DNA of 64,000 bases from Chitinophagales bacterium (GCA_026461075.1 JAPJNH010000164.1:12432-76431); one strand, 5' to 3'. Counted from the first letter of the stretch, positions 38,923-50,700 are shown. Notes: generated by a model not told the origin, from the letters alone. A program made the numbers and translations.

Positions 38923-38966
38923 AAAAATACCCCTGAACGAAATTCGTCTTAGGGGTATTTTGTTTT
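38923..38966. terminator. Bidirectional terminator after tRNA-Ala
   Basis: AAAATACCCCT...AGGGGTATTTTGTTTT. Confidence 0.8.
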
Positions 38967-39013
38967 AGGAAAAAAATATAATAAAAACCATACTCTATAC
39001 ATCCAGGCCTTGA

Positions 39014-40216
39014 CTAGTCTTTTAACGAATACAGCAAATAAATATTCAACAAGTTAAACGCTAAGCCCAATAAAGACCAGTACTTAATTTTTACTAATGC
39101 TGTTTTTGTATTAAAAACGTATAGCAATAATAAGGGAAAGAAAGCTGCAGGATAACGCATTTGCATAGCACTCAACTTAACGGACGCTAAAACCATTAAA
39201 AGGATAATAACGGTAATGGATAATTGCTGCCAACTAAATGAATATAGTAATTCATCCTTCATAATCAGTAAAGCAGCTACAGAAGCCATCGCTAATTCAA
39301 GATGAAATATAAGATGGCAAAAACTACGTAAATCATGTGCTGCTAAATCCGTACGCCAATTATCTTGCGCAAAGTAAAGACAAGCAGTCAGGGTAATAAA
39401 CACAACTAGATTCTTCCATTGCACTATAAACCAAGACTTGAAATCTCCCTTTAGAAATACATAGGACAGAAAAAACCAGTTAAGGACAAATTCTGCATTC
39501 TGCCAATGGAAGGATCCTAGGCTAACAATCTTGGAACTTGCCGGTGCGATACCCTGCCACAAACTGAAAATGTATAGAGGAAAAGGTAGCAGAATTAAGT
39601 AAAATAAAACTAATTCTATCCAATGCATCCGCTTCGATACAAACAGATAGAATGGCCATATAAACACTACCACAGATAAGTTTTGTTTCCCGATTATTGT
39701 CAAGGCTCCCAATAATGCGGATACTAAAATGATTAATCCACGCTTGCGATAAGTATTCCCTTTTTGCTCCAGAAATTCAATCACCCATAAAAAAACTGTC
39801 ATTAATAATACTGGCGGAAAATCTCCCATGGCCCGCGCACAAAGCACCACAGAACCCGGAATAAAAATTACTATACTGGGATGAAGTAGAAATCCCTTTC
39901 GCTTAAGAAGTAGAAAACAAAGCCAAACAGACACAGAAAACTGAACGACAAACAACAAGCGCATTGTTCCAATATGCGTGCGCACATAAGCTGGAAACAA
40001 AGAAAATAACCAAGTGCTTAAAATGCCAGAGGTGCCTTTGTACTGCTGGATAAACGCAGAAGAAAAGAAATTTCCCTTCCAATCCAAATTCGACAAATAG
40101 ATCTGCTCATCGCCGATAGGATGATTAGACGATAGCAAAACAATTGCGCACATTCCTAAAAAAAGCAAGATACACTCAAAGGCTATTCTATCCTTAAAAA
40201 AAAGTATTAATCTCAT
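39014..40216 (-). CDS. Polytopic membrane protein, GT-C (ArnT/PMT-like) glycosyltransferase candidate
   Basis: About 10-12 TM segments; GDE acidic motif right after TM1 (PIGDEQIY); last gene of a GT operon. Confidence 0.6.
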   Translation of the reverse strand: MRLILFFKDRIAFECILLFLGMCAIVLLSSNHPIGDEQIYLSNLDWKGNFFSSAFIQQYKGTSGILSTWLFSLFPAYVRTHIGTMRLLFVVQFSVSVWLCFLLLKRKGFLLHPSIVIFIPGSVVLCARAMGDFPPVLLMTVFLWVIEFLEQKGNTYRKRGLIILVSALLGALTIIGKQNLSVVVFIWPFYLFVSKRMHWIELVLFYLILLPFPLYIFSLWQGIAPASSKIVSLGSFHWQNAEFVLNWFFLSYVFLKGDFKSWFIVQWKNLVVFITLTACLYFAQDNWRTDLAAHDLRSFCHLIFHLELAMASVAALLIMKDELLYSFSWQQLSITVIILLMVLASVKLSAMQMRYPAAFFPLLLLYVFNTKTALVKIKYWSLLGLAFNLLNIYLLYSLKD

Positions 40217-41241
40217 TTGCTCGGGACAAAGGTTCGATGAATCCCACTCACCGAAATGCGAGAATGTCTACCACCACTAATTAAATGAATCGTATCCTCT
40301 ATTACTCCACTTAATATACCATGACGTGCTTCTGGTAATTCGCCAATCTTTTGCCACTTCCCTACCGCTGGATCATAACAATCTATTTCATCCGAACACG
40401 ACCATACAAATTCACCTCCGAAAACATATATTTTATTTCTATACACTATCGAAGACAAGCCGCCTCTAGCGGTAGGAATAGAATCTACATGGGACCATTG
40501 CTGCTTAGAAAGCGAATAAGCTTCCACTGATCGCAAGGTCTTTCTCAAATCATCTTGTCGACCACTGATCACATATAAATTTCGATTCAAAACCTCCATG
40601 CGATGGTGATCGCGCGGAGTATGAAACGACTTTAATGCTATCCAATGATTCGTTTTGATAGAATATGCCCACAAATTATTCTTTACATTTAAATCTAAGC
40701 CTACCCCTCCCGCGTAATAAATGGTATCATTCAAATACACGGCAGCACCTGCTCCACGTGCCTCTGGTAAAGCACTTAAAGATGTCCATGTTTTCAACCT
40801 TGGGTTATAAGCATATACTGCCTTCTGCGGTGTATACTTCGCCACATTCACCCCACGATAACGAAAGCCCAAAGGACCAAAGCCTCCAATTACATAAATC
40901 AAACTATCGTCACTAAGTACGGCAGCATGATTTAAAGGCGCGGGCAAACTAGCTTCCTTCTTCCACTCATTCGTATGACTATCATACATCCAAAGATCAT
41001 CGAAGCTACGCATAAAATAATCGAGTCCTCCGAGCACATAAAATTTATTCCCGAATACTGTTCCGCTCGCCTCTGTACGATGAATCGGCAATTCCTGACG
41101 CAAGCCGAAATAACCACCGTCATTTGTTACTTGTTCGTCCAAAGGCAATGACCAGGAAAGATTCCACCAGCAAAAAAATACGATAAAAGAAATAACGCCC
41201 ACTGATAATAGTAACAACAGCCATCTGATTTTTTTTGACAT
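40213..41241 (-). CDS. Membrane-anchored Kelch-repeat beta-propeller
   Basis: N-terminal TM; six blades (FYVLGG, IYVIGG, IYYAGG, LYVISG, IYVFGG, IHLISGG), most with a downstream Trp. Confidence 0.9.
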   Translation of the reverse strand: MSKKIRWLLLLLSVGVISFIVFFCWWNLSWSLPLDEQVTNDGGYFGLRQELPIHRTEASGTVFGNKFYVLGGLDYFMRSFDDLWMYDSHTNEWKKEASLPAPLNHAAVLSDDSLIYVIGGFGPLGFRYRGVNVAKYTPQKAVYAYNPRLKTWTSLSALPEARGAGAAVYLNDTIYYAGGVGLDLNVKNNLWAYSIKTNHWIALKSFHTPRDHHRMEVLNRNLYVISGRQDDLRKTLRSVEAYSLSKQQWSHVDSIPTARGGLSSIVYRNKIYVFGGEFVWSCSDEIDCYDPAVGKWQKIGELPEARHGILSGVIEDTIHLISGGRHSRISVSGIHRTFVPSK

Positions 41242-41247
41242 ATGCTT

Positions 41248-42534
41248 TTATAAACGCTCTAATAGCTTGGCTAGATTAAACGCTTGATTTTTTCTAGAAT
41301 AGGATTTATAATTTGTTGCAGTAGAACTTACTTTACCTGTTTGTTTGAATTCAAAATAAGCCTCCTCTAAAGATAATGCAATTTCCTTTGCATCACTACA
41401 ATTATATCCAGCATTTGTCTCATTTACAATCATTTGCAAATCACTTTCGTCATTTACAGATACTAATACTTTTCGCTCTAATGCGAGATACTCATAAATC
41501 TTTGCAGGCAACAAGCGATTCTCGGGATTAGTGAGTACCAACAAAAGATTACTTTCTGCCAATTGCGTAAATAACATTCGCTTCGGTAGACGAGGCGTCG
41601 TATGAATATATTTATTAATTGCCGCATCATAATTTTTGATGCGTTGAACCTGATCCGGTTGATATTCTATTCCTAAAAAATGAATCTCCGTATTTGCATC
41701 AGGAATACGATGTATAAAAATAGAAAAGCCCTCTAAAAAATCTTCTAATCGGTGATAGGGGTAAATGGTCCCAGCAAAGGCAATTCTAAATTTGTCAGAC
41801 TTCTGTTGCACCTGTTTAACCTCTTCTATTTCTTCCTCAATATAGCCGTTAAAAACAGTAGCCGTTTGAATAGAAGACACCAAGTGCTTCAACTTCTCTT
41901 GCTCGAAAGGATTAGAGGTAATGACCAATTTAGCTTCCTGCAAATATTTCTTTTCAAAGAATCGAAACCAATAATTATTTAGAATACGATTCAATCCACT
42001 GGCTTTCAAATTATCATCCTTACTTGTCCAACCATCTCTGTAATCCAATAGGTACGGCACTTTATACTTCTTTGCTAGTAAACGCGCATACTTGAATAAA
42101 ATGAAAGGTTCCCCACTTGCTAAAATCAAATCTACTGCATTCGACTTTAGATAGTTGTCAGCAGCTCTAAACAATGACCACTTATTATCAAAGAGGGAGA
42201 TTGGATAGGCCAATATTAAAGCAAGAAAAGAAAGTATTTTACGAACTAATACATATTTTTTATTTCCGTAATTTAAAAGAATACGATCACGCAAATTACT
42301 TTTATAAGGGACACGAATTATCGTTGCATTAGCCTCCGTTACAATACTAATCTCTTTCGCATTTGAACTTATCACATAATCCAAAGGGTCATTTTGAATA
42401 TTATCCCAATGACGTGTCACAATAATCGGATGTACACCTGCTTCTGGCAAGTATTTGTACCAACTATAAGGACGAAAAGCTCCTACTGAATTATAAGGAG
42501 GAAAGTCGTGAGCAAATATCAGAATGCGTTTCAT
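41248..42534 (-). CDS. Glycosyltransferase (GT4-like, GT-B fold)
   Basis: HDFPPYNSVGAFRP, DYRDGW, FAGTIY, PAKIYEYL; start ATG 42534. Confidence 0.88.
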   Translation of the reverse strand: MKRILIFAHDFPPYNSVGAFRPYSWYKYLPEAGVHPIIVTRHWDNIQNDPLDYVISSNAKEISIVTEANATIIRVPYKSNLRDRILLNYGNKKYVLVRKILSFLALILAYPISLFDNKWSLFRAADNYLKSNAVDLILASGEPFILFKYARLLAKKYKVPYLLDYRDGWTSKDDNLKASGLNRILNNYWFRFFEKKYLQEAKLVITSNPFEQEKLKHLVSSIQTATVFNGYIEEEIEEVKQVQQKSDKFRIAFAGTIYPYHRLEDFLEGFSIFIHRIPDANTEIHFLGIEYQPDQVQRIKNYDAAINKYIHTTPRLPKRMLFTQLAESNLLLVLTNPENRLLPAKIYEYLALERKVLVSVNDESDLQMIVNETNAGYNCSDAKEIALSLEEAYFEFKQTGKVSSTATNYKSYSRKNQAFNLAKLLERL

Positions 42535-42536
42535 GC

Positions 42537-43700
42537 TCACTTTATATTGGCTTCAATTTTAACATACAAATCAACCAATTTCTTTTTCTCCGCGTTCCAA
42601 TTTATCTCTTGTTTTGCAGCAATAGCCTTTTCTTTAAAACTCGCGTAGTTAGCCAATATCGATTTTAAACCATTGAGATAAGCTCCCTTCTCATCCGGAT
42701 TTACACAGATACCATTTTGATATTGATTCAGAATAATCAGATATTCTGGTTGTTGAGTAGCTAGGACAGGGATTTCTGCAATAGTATATTCAAACAATTT
42801 ATTATCGAGGGCATACCAATAAGACAAATTATTTTTGTTCCAAGTTGGCACCAACCCAACATCAGCACCAGATAAATACGAACAAATTTCAACCGGCTTA
42901 ACAGCAGGATGAAAATAAATATTTGTATAATTTTTCGAAGCGACATAATCCTTCACATCCTGACAACCTTTATCGAAAGACGTGATGTATAAAAGATGTA
43001 ATCCTTTTTGATTACCTATTTCATCAATCACTTGTTCATGATTATGTGTGCGGGCATAAATATGTGCTCCGATAAACACTAATAATTTTTCTTCCTTTGG
43101 AATATTAAACATCCCTTTCAAATCGACACTATTAAGCACAGGCTCTAGTTCAGGCGCATTGCGGATGATTACTGGTTTTTCTTTAGCGCTGAAATACTGA
43201 AATAAAATATCCGATAAAGATTGATTTACGGTAAGTAGATAATCTGCTAATCGACCATTCCGTTTCTCCCGGAGCACTTGATATTTACGTACGATATACG
43301 ATTTAATCAGAATCGACACGGGTAAGCCCTTTAAGTTGTTCAATGGCCATGCATGAAATAATTCGTGCGAGTCATACACAAATATCCTTTCAGGATGATG
43401 TTTCTTAATCCAAGCACCCGCATCACACATAAACTGATCATGACAATGAAATACTTGATAGTCTTCTTTCGCAATTCCTAAAGCGATAGCACGAACTTCC
43501 TTTTCTGCACTAAACTTAGCAATCGTGTCTGGAAATACTCTCTTCACTTTAAATCCATCTATCATTTCCTCTGAAGGCAGAGAAGCATCCTTGACACAAT
43601 AAATACAAACAGAATGTCCTGCTTGTACTAATTCCTTCGCTTCCCTATGTACACGACGGTCATTCGTGAATGGGTTATCTAAAAGCATGGCAATTTTCAT
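42537..43700 (-). CDS. Glycosyltransferase family 4
   Basis: DRRVHREAKEL, YDSHE, ADVGLV, NKLFEY; start ATG 43700. Confidence 0.9.
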   Translation of the reverse strand: MKIAMLLDNPFTNDRRVHREAKELVQAGHSVCIYCVKDASLPSEEMIDGFKVKRVFPDTIAKFSAEKEVRAIALGIAKEDYQVFHCHDQFMCDAGAWIKKHHPERIFVYDSHELFHAWPLNNLKGLPVSILIKSYIVRKYQVLREKRNGRLADYLLTVNQSLSDILFQYFSAKEKPVIIRNAPELEPVLNSVDLKGMFNIPKEEKLLVFIGAHIYARTHNHEQVIDEIGNQKGLHLLYITSFDKGCQDVKDYVASKNYTNIYFHPAVKPVEICSYLSGADVGLVPTWNKNNLSYWYALDNKLFEYTIAEIPVLATQQPEYLIILNQYQNGICVNPDEKGAYLNGLKSILANYASFKEKAIAAKQEINWNAEKKKLVDLYVKIEANIK

Positions 43701-43753
43701 CCTTAAAATTATCAAAATTCACGCAAAAAGAAGGATATTCTGTAGCTTTAATC

Positions 43754-44386
43754 ATGAAAATTGAAATTTGGAGCGACATCGCTTGTCCTTTTTGTTATAT
43801 CGGAAAACGTCGTTTAGAACAAGCTTTAGAGGCTAGTAAACACATTACTATAAGCGACATTATTTATAAAAGTTATCAGCTAGCGCCGCAACTAAAAATC
43901 ACTGAACCAACTTCATTGAACGAATACCTAGCAAAAGTAAAAGGTATCAGTATTGAAGAAGCGCGAGAAATGAACGCTTACGTTAGCAATTTGGCTTCAG
44001 AAGTAGGTCTTAGTTTCAATATCGAAGACGCACAACTTGCGAACACTTTCAACGCGCATCGTTTCTTACATCTTGCTAAATTCTTGCACTGCCAAGTTGA
44101 AGCCAAAGAGCTCCTAATGAAAGCGTATTTTTGTGATGGAATGAACGTAAATCAACTTGATACTTTCCTCACTATCGCACAGGACTTAAACATCGACGCA
44201 ACGCTCGTAAATAAGTGGTGGTCGGATAATAGTTTTGAAGAAGAAGTTAGAAGAGATATTTACGAAGCACAACAATATCAAATCAGTGGCGTGCCTTTAT
44301 TTTTATTCAATGAAAGAATTGCTGTTTCTGGCGCACAACCATTAGAAGTTTTTCTAAGGGCCATGAAACGTGCTAGCGAATTATAG
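43754..44386 (+). CDS. DsbA-family (FrnE-like) oxidoreductase
   Basis: MKIEIWSDIACPFCYIGKRR, NTFNAHR, GVPLF, SGAQP; start ATG 43754. Confidence 0.94.
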   Translation: MKIEIWSDIACPFCYIGKRRLEQALEASKHITISDIIYKSYQLAPQLKITEPTSLNEYLAKVKGISIEEAREMNAYVSNLASEVGLSFNIEDAQLANTFNAHRFLHLAKFLHCQVEAKELLMKAYFCDGMNVNQLDTFLTIAQDLNIDATLVNKWWSDNSFEEEVRRDIYEAQQYQISGVPLFLFNERIAVSGAQPLEVFLRAMKRASEL

Positions 44387-47300
44387 TAAAATCGCCCTTT
44401 AAGAAACGATCCGTATCATCTAAGCCAAAACGATAGATGATCATGTACATATAGGTTCCAATTTCTTGCTCTTTACCATTGAAACGTCCATCCCATGGAG
44501 CGTTTGCGTCTGTCGTAAAATATACGCGTTGTCCCCAACGATTATATAACTCCATTCTAAACTGCAGTAAATTTGCAGCATTCGAAAAGATGGGACCAAA
44601 GGTGTCATCTAATCCATCTCCGTTAGGACTAAACGCATTCGGCAACATCATCCATCCCTCACATAAATTAATTACCATCATCGCATCATGCGCCTCGCAA
44701 CCATAATTATTCATTACACTTACACTATAAGTACCGGAAGCCTGCACCTGATAATTTTGTCCATTACTTCCGTCCTGCCAAATGATTTGTTGAAAAGCTG
44801 GAACCGATAAAGTAACGGGTGTTTCATCCAAACATAATTCACGATCAGGCCCCAAGGATACACTAATCAACCCAACAATCGGAACATATATAGAATCACT
44901 TGCGGTACAACCTGCTGCATCTTGAATCGTAACATGATACCACTCACTACCATTCAAAGCATTACTAGTAGACGTTCCTACGCCACCAGGTGTCCAGTAA
45001 TAATTAAATGGAGCAATCCCTCTCAATGTTTGCACTTGTATTTTTCCGCGTGCCTGACCACAAGTATCTGGTCCCATACTCAAGGCTAATTGTGCGTTCA
45101 CAGAAGACGCAACTGCAAAGGTATCTTTGATTGTACAATTTTTCGTATCAGAAACACTAATAATATAATTCCCTGCTGCTAAATTAGAAAGATTTGCACT
45201 CGCGCTAACGGCAGGTGTCCAGACATAGGTATACAAAGGGGTTCCACCACTAGCAATCACTTGTATAGCTCCATTATTTTTAGCACAACTTGTCGCTGTA
45301 ACATTACTGTTTAACGCCAAAGCATTGGGTTGTGTAATCGTTACTGTACCTTGTTTTGTACAATTACCAGCATCTGTAACATTGAAAGTATACGTACCTG
45401 CTTGCACATTACTTAAGCTCAACGTATTCGAAACAGATGGTGACCAAGTATACGAATACGGTGTAAAACCACCACTTATACTTGCAGTCACGGATCCGTT
45501 ACTAGCACCATAGCAAGAAACATTTTGTTGATTGTTAAAGGTGATTGCCAAGGTATTATTAATAGCAGGCACTGTCACTTGCACGCTGTCTTTACAACCA
45601 ACGGCATCGATCACTACCACCTTATAAATACCTGCTGTAAGAGCGTTTGCAGTAGATAAAGCACTTACCGAAGGATTCCAATTATAGGAATATGGACTAG
45701 CACCACCCGATACATTCAATATAATTTTACCTGTATGATTGCCGCAAGTATCCGCCTTGACAGTGAAGCTAATTGCAGGACCAGAAGAACTTAAAATCTT
45801 GGCTGTATCGATAAGTGTGCAACCTTTGGTATCAGAAAGCGTTAAAATATAATTGCCAAGAGAAAGGTTAGAAGCTGCATTAGTAGAGGAAACAGCAGGA
45901 TTCCAAGTATAGGTATAGGTGGGCGTTCCTCCGTTTGCGGTCCAGCTGATGCTCCCATTATTTTTACCGCAAGTCGTTGTTTGAATAGTAGGATTTAATG
46001 TCAGCGCAGCAGGGTGTGTCAAAGTATAGGAGGCCGTTGCAGAACAATTATGCGCATCCGCAACAGTGACGCTATAATTACCGGCTCCGAGATTGTTAGG
46101 GTTAGCGCCGCTCAGACTGCTTGGTGTCCACGTATAGGAATAAGGGGTTTGACCACCAGAAGGGCTTAAGCTAATACTTCCATTCGTCGCATTAAAACAG
46201 CTAGGCTGATTAATGGTATTGGCAATCGAAATGGTATTAATAATGTTCGGGATAAAGAAAGAGAAAGTATCTATACATCCGAAGGTATCGACTACAGAAA
46301 TATGATACAATCCAGAAGCGATATTAGTTACAAAATTACAATTAGTAACATTGGGCTGCCAGTTATACGTGTAGAATGGCGTTCCACCCGACATGACGAA
46401 ACTCGCGGCTCCGTTAGTATTATTACAATAGGCAGGTGTGAGTTGTATAGTATGACCAAACGCGGCAGGTGCTTTTATTTGCACGGTATCTTTCACCGTA
46501 CAGGTACCAGTTTGCGAAACGGTAACGATATAAGTACCTGCGCCGAGATTTTTAATGGTATCAGTATTTTGTGTAGGACTGGTATTCCAAAGAATACTTG
46601 TCGAAAGCGTATTACCAGTAACATGTACCATAGCCCACGCATCATGGCTAGCAGGACAAGTTACATTCACAGAATCAATACTTGTTCCGAGTACAGCGAT
46701 TTGTTTGGAAACGGTATCACTTCCACTACAAGGATTCGTTGCAATTAATTGGACGGTATATACACCAGGAGCACTAAATTGATGACTAGGATTTTGTGCG
46801 CTTGAAACGTTGGATGTGCCACTGCTAGGATCACCAAAATTCCATTGCCAATTGTTCGGACAATTAGTAGAATTATCAGTGAAGGCGAAATTTGCTTTTG
46901 GCGAACAGAGCCACGAAAAGTTAGCCGTATACTTCGGGGCATTCATGATATAAATATCATCGATCGCAATTCCATCAAAGGCGTTACAGGTAGTACCTGC
47001 ACCGAAGGTAAATCGAAAGATCACATTGGCTTGCCCTGCTAAATTACTCATGCAATGTTTGGCTACAACCCAAGCGCCAGAGCCGAAGCCGCCGACACAT
47101 GGGCTAACAGCAGACTGTAAGGTGCCCGACCAACCATCGCGAACAGTTGCTAAGGTAGTAAGGTAATTGATTGGCGAATAATTATACCAATTCGCAGTGT
47201 AACAATCCACTGGATCATTCAAAGCACCGACGTTCGTCCACGTAGTTCCATTATTTAGGGAGTACTGCAGATTTCCGCCATCATACTTACGTTCAGACGA

Positions 47301-47639
47301 CCAATAAATTTTGAATTCGATATAGGGATGGGCGAGGTTTGTAAAATCGAAACAAGGGCTTTGTAGCCAAGAGCGTTCTCCGTTAGTATAAGCAGTACCT
47401 GTAAGACCACCAGTCACCCAGCATTTCAATCCTTGTCCAGCTACGTTAATAACAGTTTTGTTTGGAGCTCCCCAAGCCCAAGAAGTACCCGTACCGCCTG
47501 TGGTCCAGGCAGGTAATGTTTCAAACGTTTGGTGATAAGGATAAGCAGTAACGCATTGCGCAGATACGGGACTTCTACTCACCCAAAGGGAGAAGCAAAG
47601 GATTCCACATAATACCTGCCAAAGGGCACGCTTTTTCAT
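44373..47639 (-). CDS. T9SS type-B protein: lectin-like N-domain, PKD domain, SprB-like repeats, gliding-motility-associated CTD
   Basis: WQWNFGD PKD; repeated C..nG.I....GGT.PY.Y.W......L..G.Y...V.D..C units; PNAFSPNGDGLDD...YNRWG...WDG CTD. Confidence 0.92.
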   Translation of the reverse strand: MKKRALWQVLCGILCFSLWVSRSPVSAQCVTAYPYHQTFETLPAWTTGGTGTSWAWGAPNKTVINVAGQGLKCWVTGGLTGTAYTNGERSWLQSPCFDFTNLAHPYIEFKIYWSSERKYDGGNLQYSLNNGTTWTNVGALNDPVDCYTANWYNYSPINYLTTLATVRDGWSGTLQSAVSPCVGGFGSGAWVVAKHCMSNLAGQANVIFRFTFGAGTTCNAFDGIAIDDIYIMNAPKYTANFSWLCSPKANFAFTDNSTNCPNNWQWNFGDPSSGTSNVSSAQNPSHQFSAPGVYTVQLIATNPCSGSDTVSKQIAVLGTSIDSVNVTCPASHDAWAMVHVTGNTLSTSILWNTSPTQNTDTIKNLGAGTYIVTVSQTGTCTVKDTVQIKAPAAFGHTIQLTPAYCNNTNGAASFVMSGGTPFYTYNWQPNVTNCNFVTNIASGLYHISVVDTFGCIDTFSFFIPNIINTISIANTINQPSCFNATNGSISLSPSGGQTPYSYTWTPSSLSGANPNNLGAGNYSVTVADAHNCSATASYTLTHPAALTLNPTIQTTTCGKNNGSISWTANGGTPTYTYTWNPAVSSTNAASNLSLGNYILTLSDTKGCTLIDTAKILSSSGPAISFTVKADTCGNHTGKIILNVSGGASPYSYNWNPSVSALSTANALTAGIYKVVVIDAVGCKDSVQVTVPAINNTLAITFNNQQNVSCYGASNGSVTASISGGFTPYSYTWSPSVSNTLSLSNVQAGTYTFNVTDAGNCTKQGTVTITQPNALALNSNVTATSCAKNNGAIQVIASGGTPLYTYVWTPAVSASANLSNLAAGNYIISVSDTKNCTIKDTFAVASSVNAQLALSMGPDTCGQARGKIQVQTLRGIAPFNYYWTPGGVGTSTSNALNGSEWYHVTIQDAAGCTASDSIYVPIVGLISVSLGPDRELCLDETPVTLSVPAFQQIIWQDGSNGQNYQVQASGTYSVSVMNNYGCEAHDAMMVINLCEGWMMLPNAFSPNGDGLDDTFGPIFSNAANLLQFRMELYNRWGQRVYFTTDANAPWDGRFNGKEQEIGTYMYMIIYRFGLDDTDRFLKGDFTIIR

Positions 47640-47710
47640 GCTACGAAAATACGTAACGAAAGCCGAATTTATGTGAATTAATGGTTACTATCGACCAGAA
47701 ATAATTAAAC

Positions 47711-47738
47711 AAAAAATCCCTCTTCGGAGGGATTTTTT
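47711..47738. terminator. Intrinsic terminator after the giant adhesin gene
   Basis: AAAAAATCCCTC-TTCG-GAGGGATTTTTT. Confidence 0.9.
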
Positions 47739-47756
47739 GTTAGAACCATTTAGTTT

Positions 47757-50700
47757 TTAATGTTGAATTTCAACAAGTTGATTACTGAGTATTAAATCAT
47801 CCTTCATGAGCACTACACGGTAGGTGCCTGCATTTAGATTACTTACCGGGATATTTAGCAAATCCACTCCTTGCGTAAAGTTACGTTCCATTACCAACTG
47901 ATTCAAATTATTGAATACTTCACAATGCATGCCCGCCTGGTTATTTGCGACAAACCGAATACTTAAATTATCATTTGCAGGGTTTGGATAAATACTAATT
48001 GAACTCTTCAGAATAGTTTTTACAGCCATAATAGAAGAGTATATCGGCAACTCGAAGCTAAGATTCGAAACTGCTTTTATTCTATAGTAATTCAAGCCAG
48101 CAAATGGCGTAGAATGAATAAATGCAAATTCTACTTGCCCTTTCTTAATCTGAGCAGCTTCAATTTTACCTACTTTAACAAAATGAATTCCGTCTGCCGA
48201 GTGTTCGATTTCAAATTCACGGTTCTCCGTATACATACTCATCTTCCAATTTAACCCTACTCCGTTCTTTTGTAACGAAGCGGTATTTTGAACAAACTGA
48301 ATTGGTAAAACACCAGCATGAGAGATAATAATAGAAGTGCTTGCTGCCGCACGACAACCATTAGCATCGGTCATGGTATAAGTAACCGCGAATGTATCGA
48401 CTACGCTTCCTGTGAGCGTAACCGTACCAGTTAAAGTATCCAAAATCAATCCTGCGGCTGCACTGAATATTCCACCACTAAATCCACTCACGCTCGCATA
48501 GGCTGTACCATTCGCTGGATACGGACTTCCAACATAGTTAACCGTAGCAGCAGGTAACGCATTTACAGTAACTGTTGCGGTCTGCACTGCCGATACATCG
48601 ATACCTGCATGTGCAGTATCACCATTATCCTTTACGTAAATACTTAAAGTTGCTACCCCACTCTGACCATTGGCTACTGCGAAGGCCAAATTACCCGAGG
48701 CATCTATCGAAGGCTGGGTGCTAAATAAAGAGTTATTATCATTTGTTACAATAAAGTTTGCTGTTTGTGTTGATTCATTGCTAGGGCCCACAGAAATTGA
48801 ATTTGCCCATCCATTCACAATATTAACGCCACTATTTGCACATACAGCAACATCGGTACCTTTACTGAAGGAAGGTGCATCATTTACTGGTAAAACGGTC
48901 AAGTAAATAATTCCTGTATTGGAGGTTAAAGTATCATAATCCTTCACCGTATAGGTCATGCTTACAGAACCATAGAAATTAGCTGCAGGCGTGAAGCTAA
49001 CATAACCTGGCAGTGTAGCAGAGTTGGTTATACTCCACGTTCCATTTGCTGTTACCAATGTACCTGTCAGCGCTACAGTGCTAGGATCCACAAACGTATT
49101 ATCTACATCATTCGTAGCAACATCAAATGAAATTACATTGTCTTCATAGCCTACAGGATAATCATCAATTGCTGTTGGCGTCCCTAAAGGCAAAATTGTG
49201 ATATCAATATGTGTCAAAGAAGAAGTAGCACCACTCTTGTCATTCACGGTATAGTGAATTTGCGTTAACGGACCAATAGGTGTAGAGAAGGTATACGTAA
49301 AGGTGACATTACCATAAATATCCACGGTATATGTTCCTTCGCCTGCTACGGTGAAAGAAGTTTGCTGACCAGGCGTATACGGATCCAAATCAACTGAAGT
49401 TGAATCAAATTGATTATCAATATCGTAATCATTCGTCAAAACATTAAAAGTAATAGATGCAACAGATGCAGTTGCAGTGGTACTTCTAGCATCACTAACC
49501 GTTACAGGAGCATCATTAACTGGCGTGATAGTAACAATAATCAAACCACTATCAGAAACCAATCCTTGATTATCCTTTATGGTATATGATTTAGGAGTAG
49601 CGGTTCCATTGAAGTTGGCTACTGGTGTGAAAGTTACTATGCCTAATGCATTAACGGTATAGGTTCCTTCACCAGTAACAGTGTAGCTCGTTTGGATTCC
49701 AGCAGTTAAAGGATCTAAATCCACTTTACTTGAATCAACATATCCATCATAATCGTAATCATTGCTAGTGATATCATAAGTTACCGCAACATCTTCCGAT
49801 GTACTAAAAGCATCATCAATTGCAAAAGGGGCTGAATTTACTGCATTTACAACAACAGTAATCGTTGCAGTATTTGAAACTAAACCAAGGACATCCTTCA
49901 CTGTGTACGGAATCACAACGGTTCCATTATAATACGGATCTGGGATAAAGGTTACATTACCTAGGATATCAACGTAAAACTGGCCTTGTCCAGGCGCATA
50001 ATAAGCACCCTGTATACCTGTTGTAGTAGGATCTAAGTCAACACGCGCTACGTTAATAGCATTCGTTCCATAATCGTTATTCGTAACGGAAAAAGTGACA
50101 CTCACATTTTCATTCGTACTCGCATTATCGTTTACAGCAGTTGGCGCACCAGCCGGGATAACTGTAACATCAATCGTTGCAACGTTAGAGGTCAAACTAA
50201 CTGAATTATCAACGGTATAATACAATGTAGTTACATTACCATAAAAGCTTGAAATAGGGGTAAAGGTTAAGGTAGCACCACTCAAAGAGAAAGTACCTTG
50301 ACCACTTAAAGTATAAGTCGATTGTGTACCCGCAGTATATGGATCAAGATCGATACTACTATTTACCAAAGTGCCGTCCACATTGATATCGTTCGCTAAT
50401 AAGCTAATATTAATCGGAGTATTTTGCGCAGTAGATGCAGTATTGGCAACCGCTACTGGAGGCGCATTTACGTGCGTAACATTTATCGTAACAGTACCGG
50501 CAACGGTTCCAAGATTCGCATCATTTGCTGTAAACGTAAAACTAGAAAGCGCGTTCCCATAGGTATTTACCGGAGGATCATAGGTAAGATAAACAATATT
50601 TGCAGCAGAAATCGTTTGACCAACAGTTACAGCGACCCCATTCAAATAAAGAGTACCCTGACTTGGTAAAGTAGAGATAGTGATTGATTGCAATGCGTCA

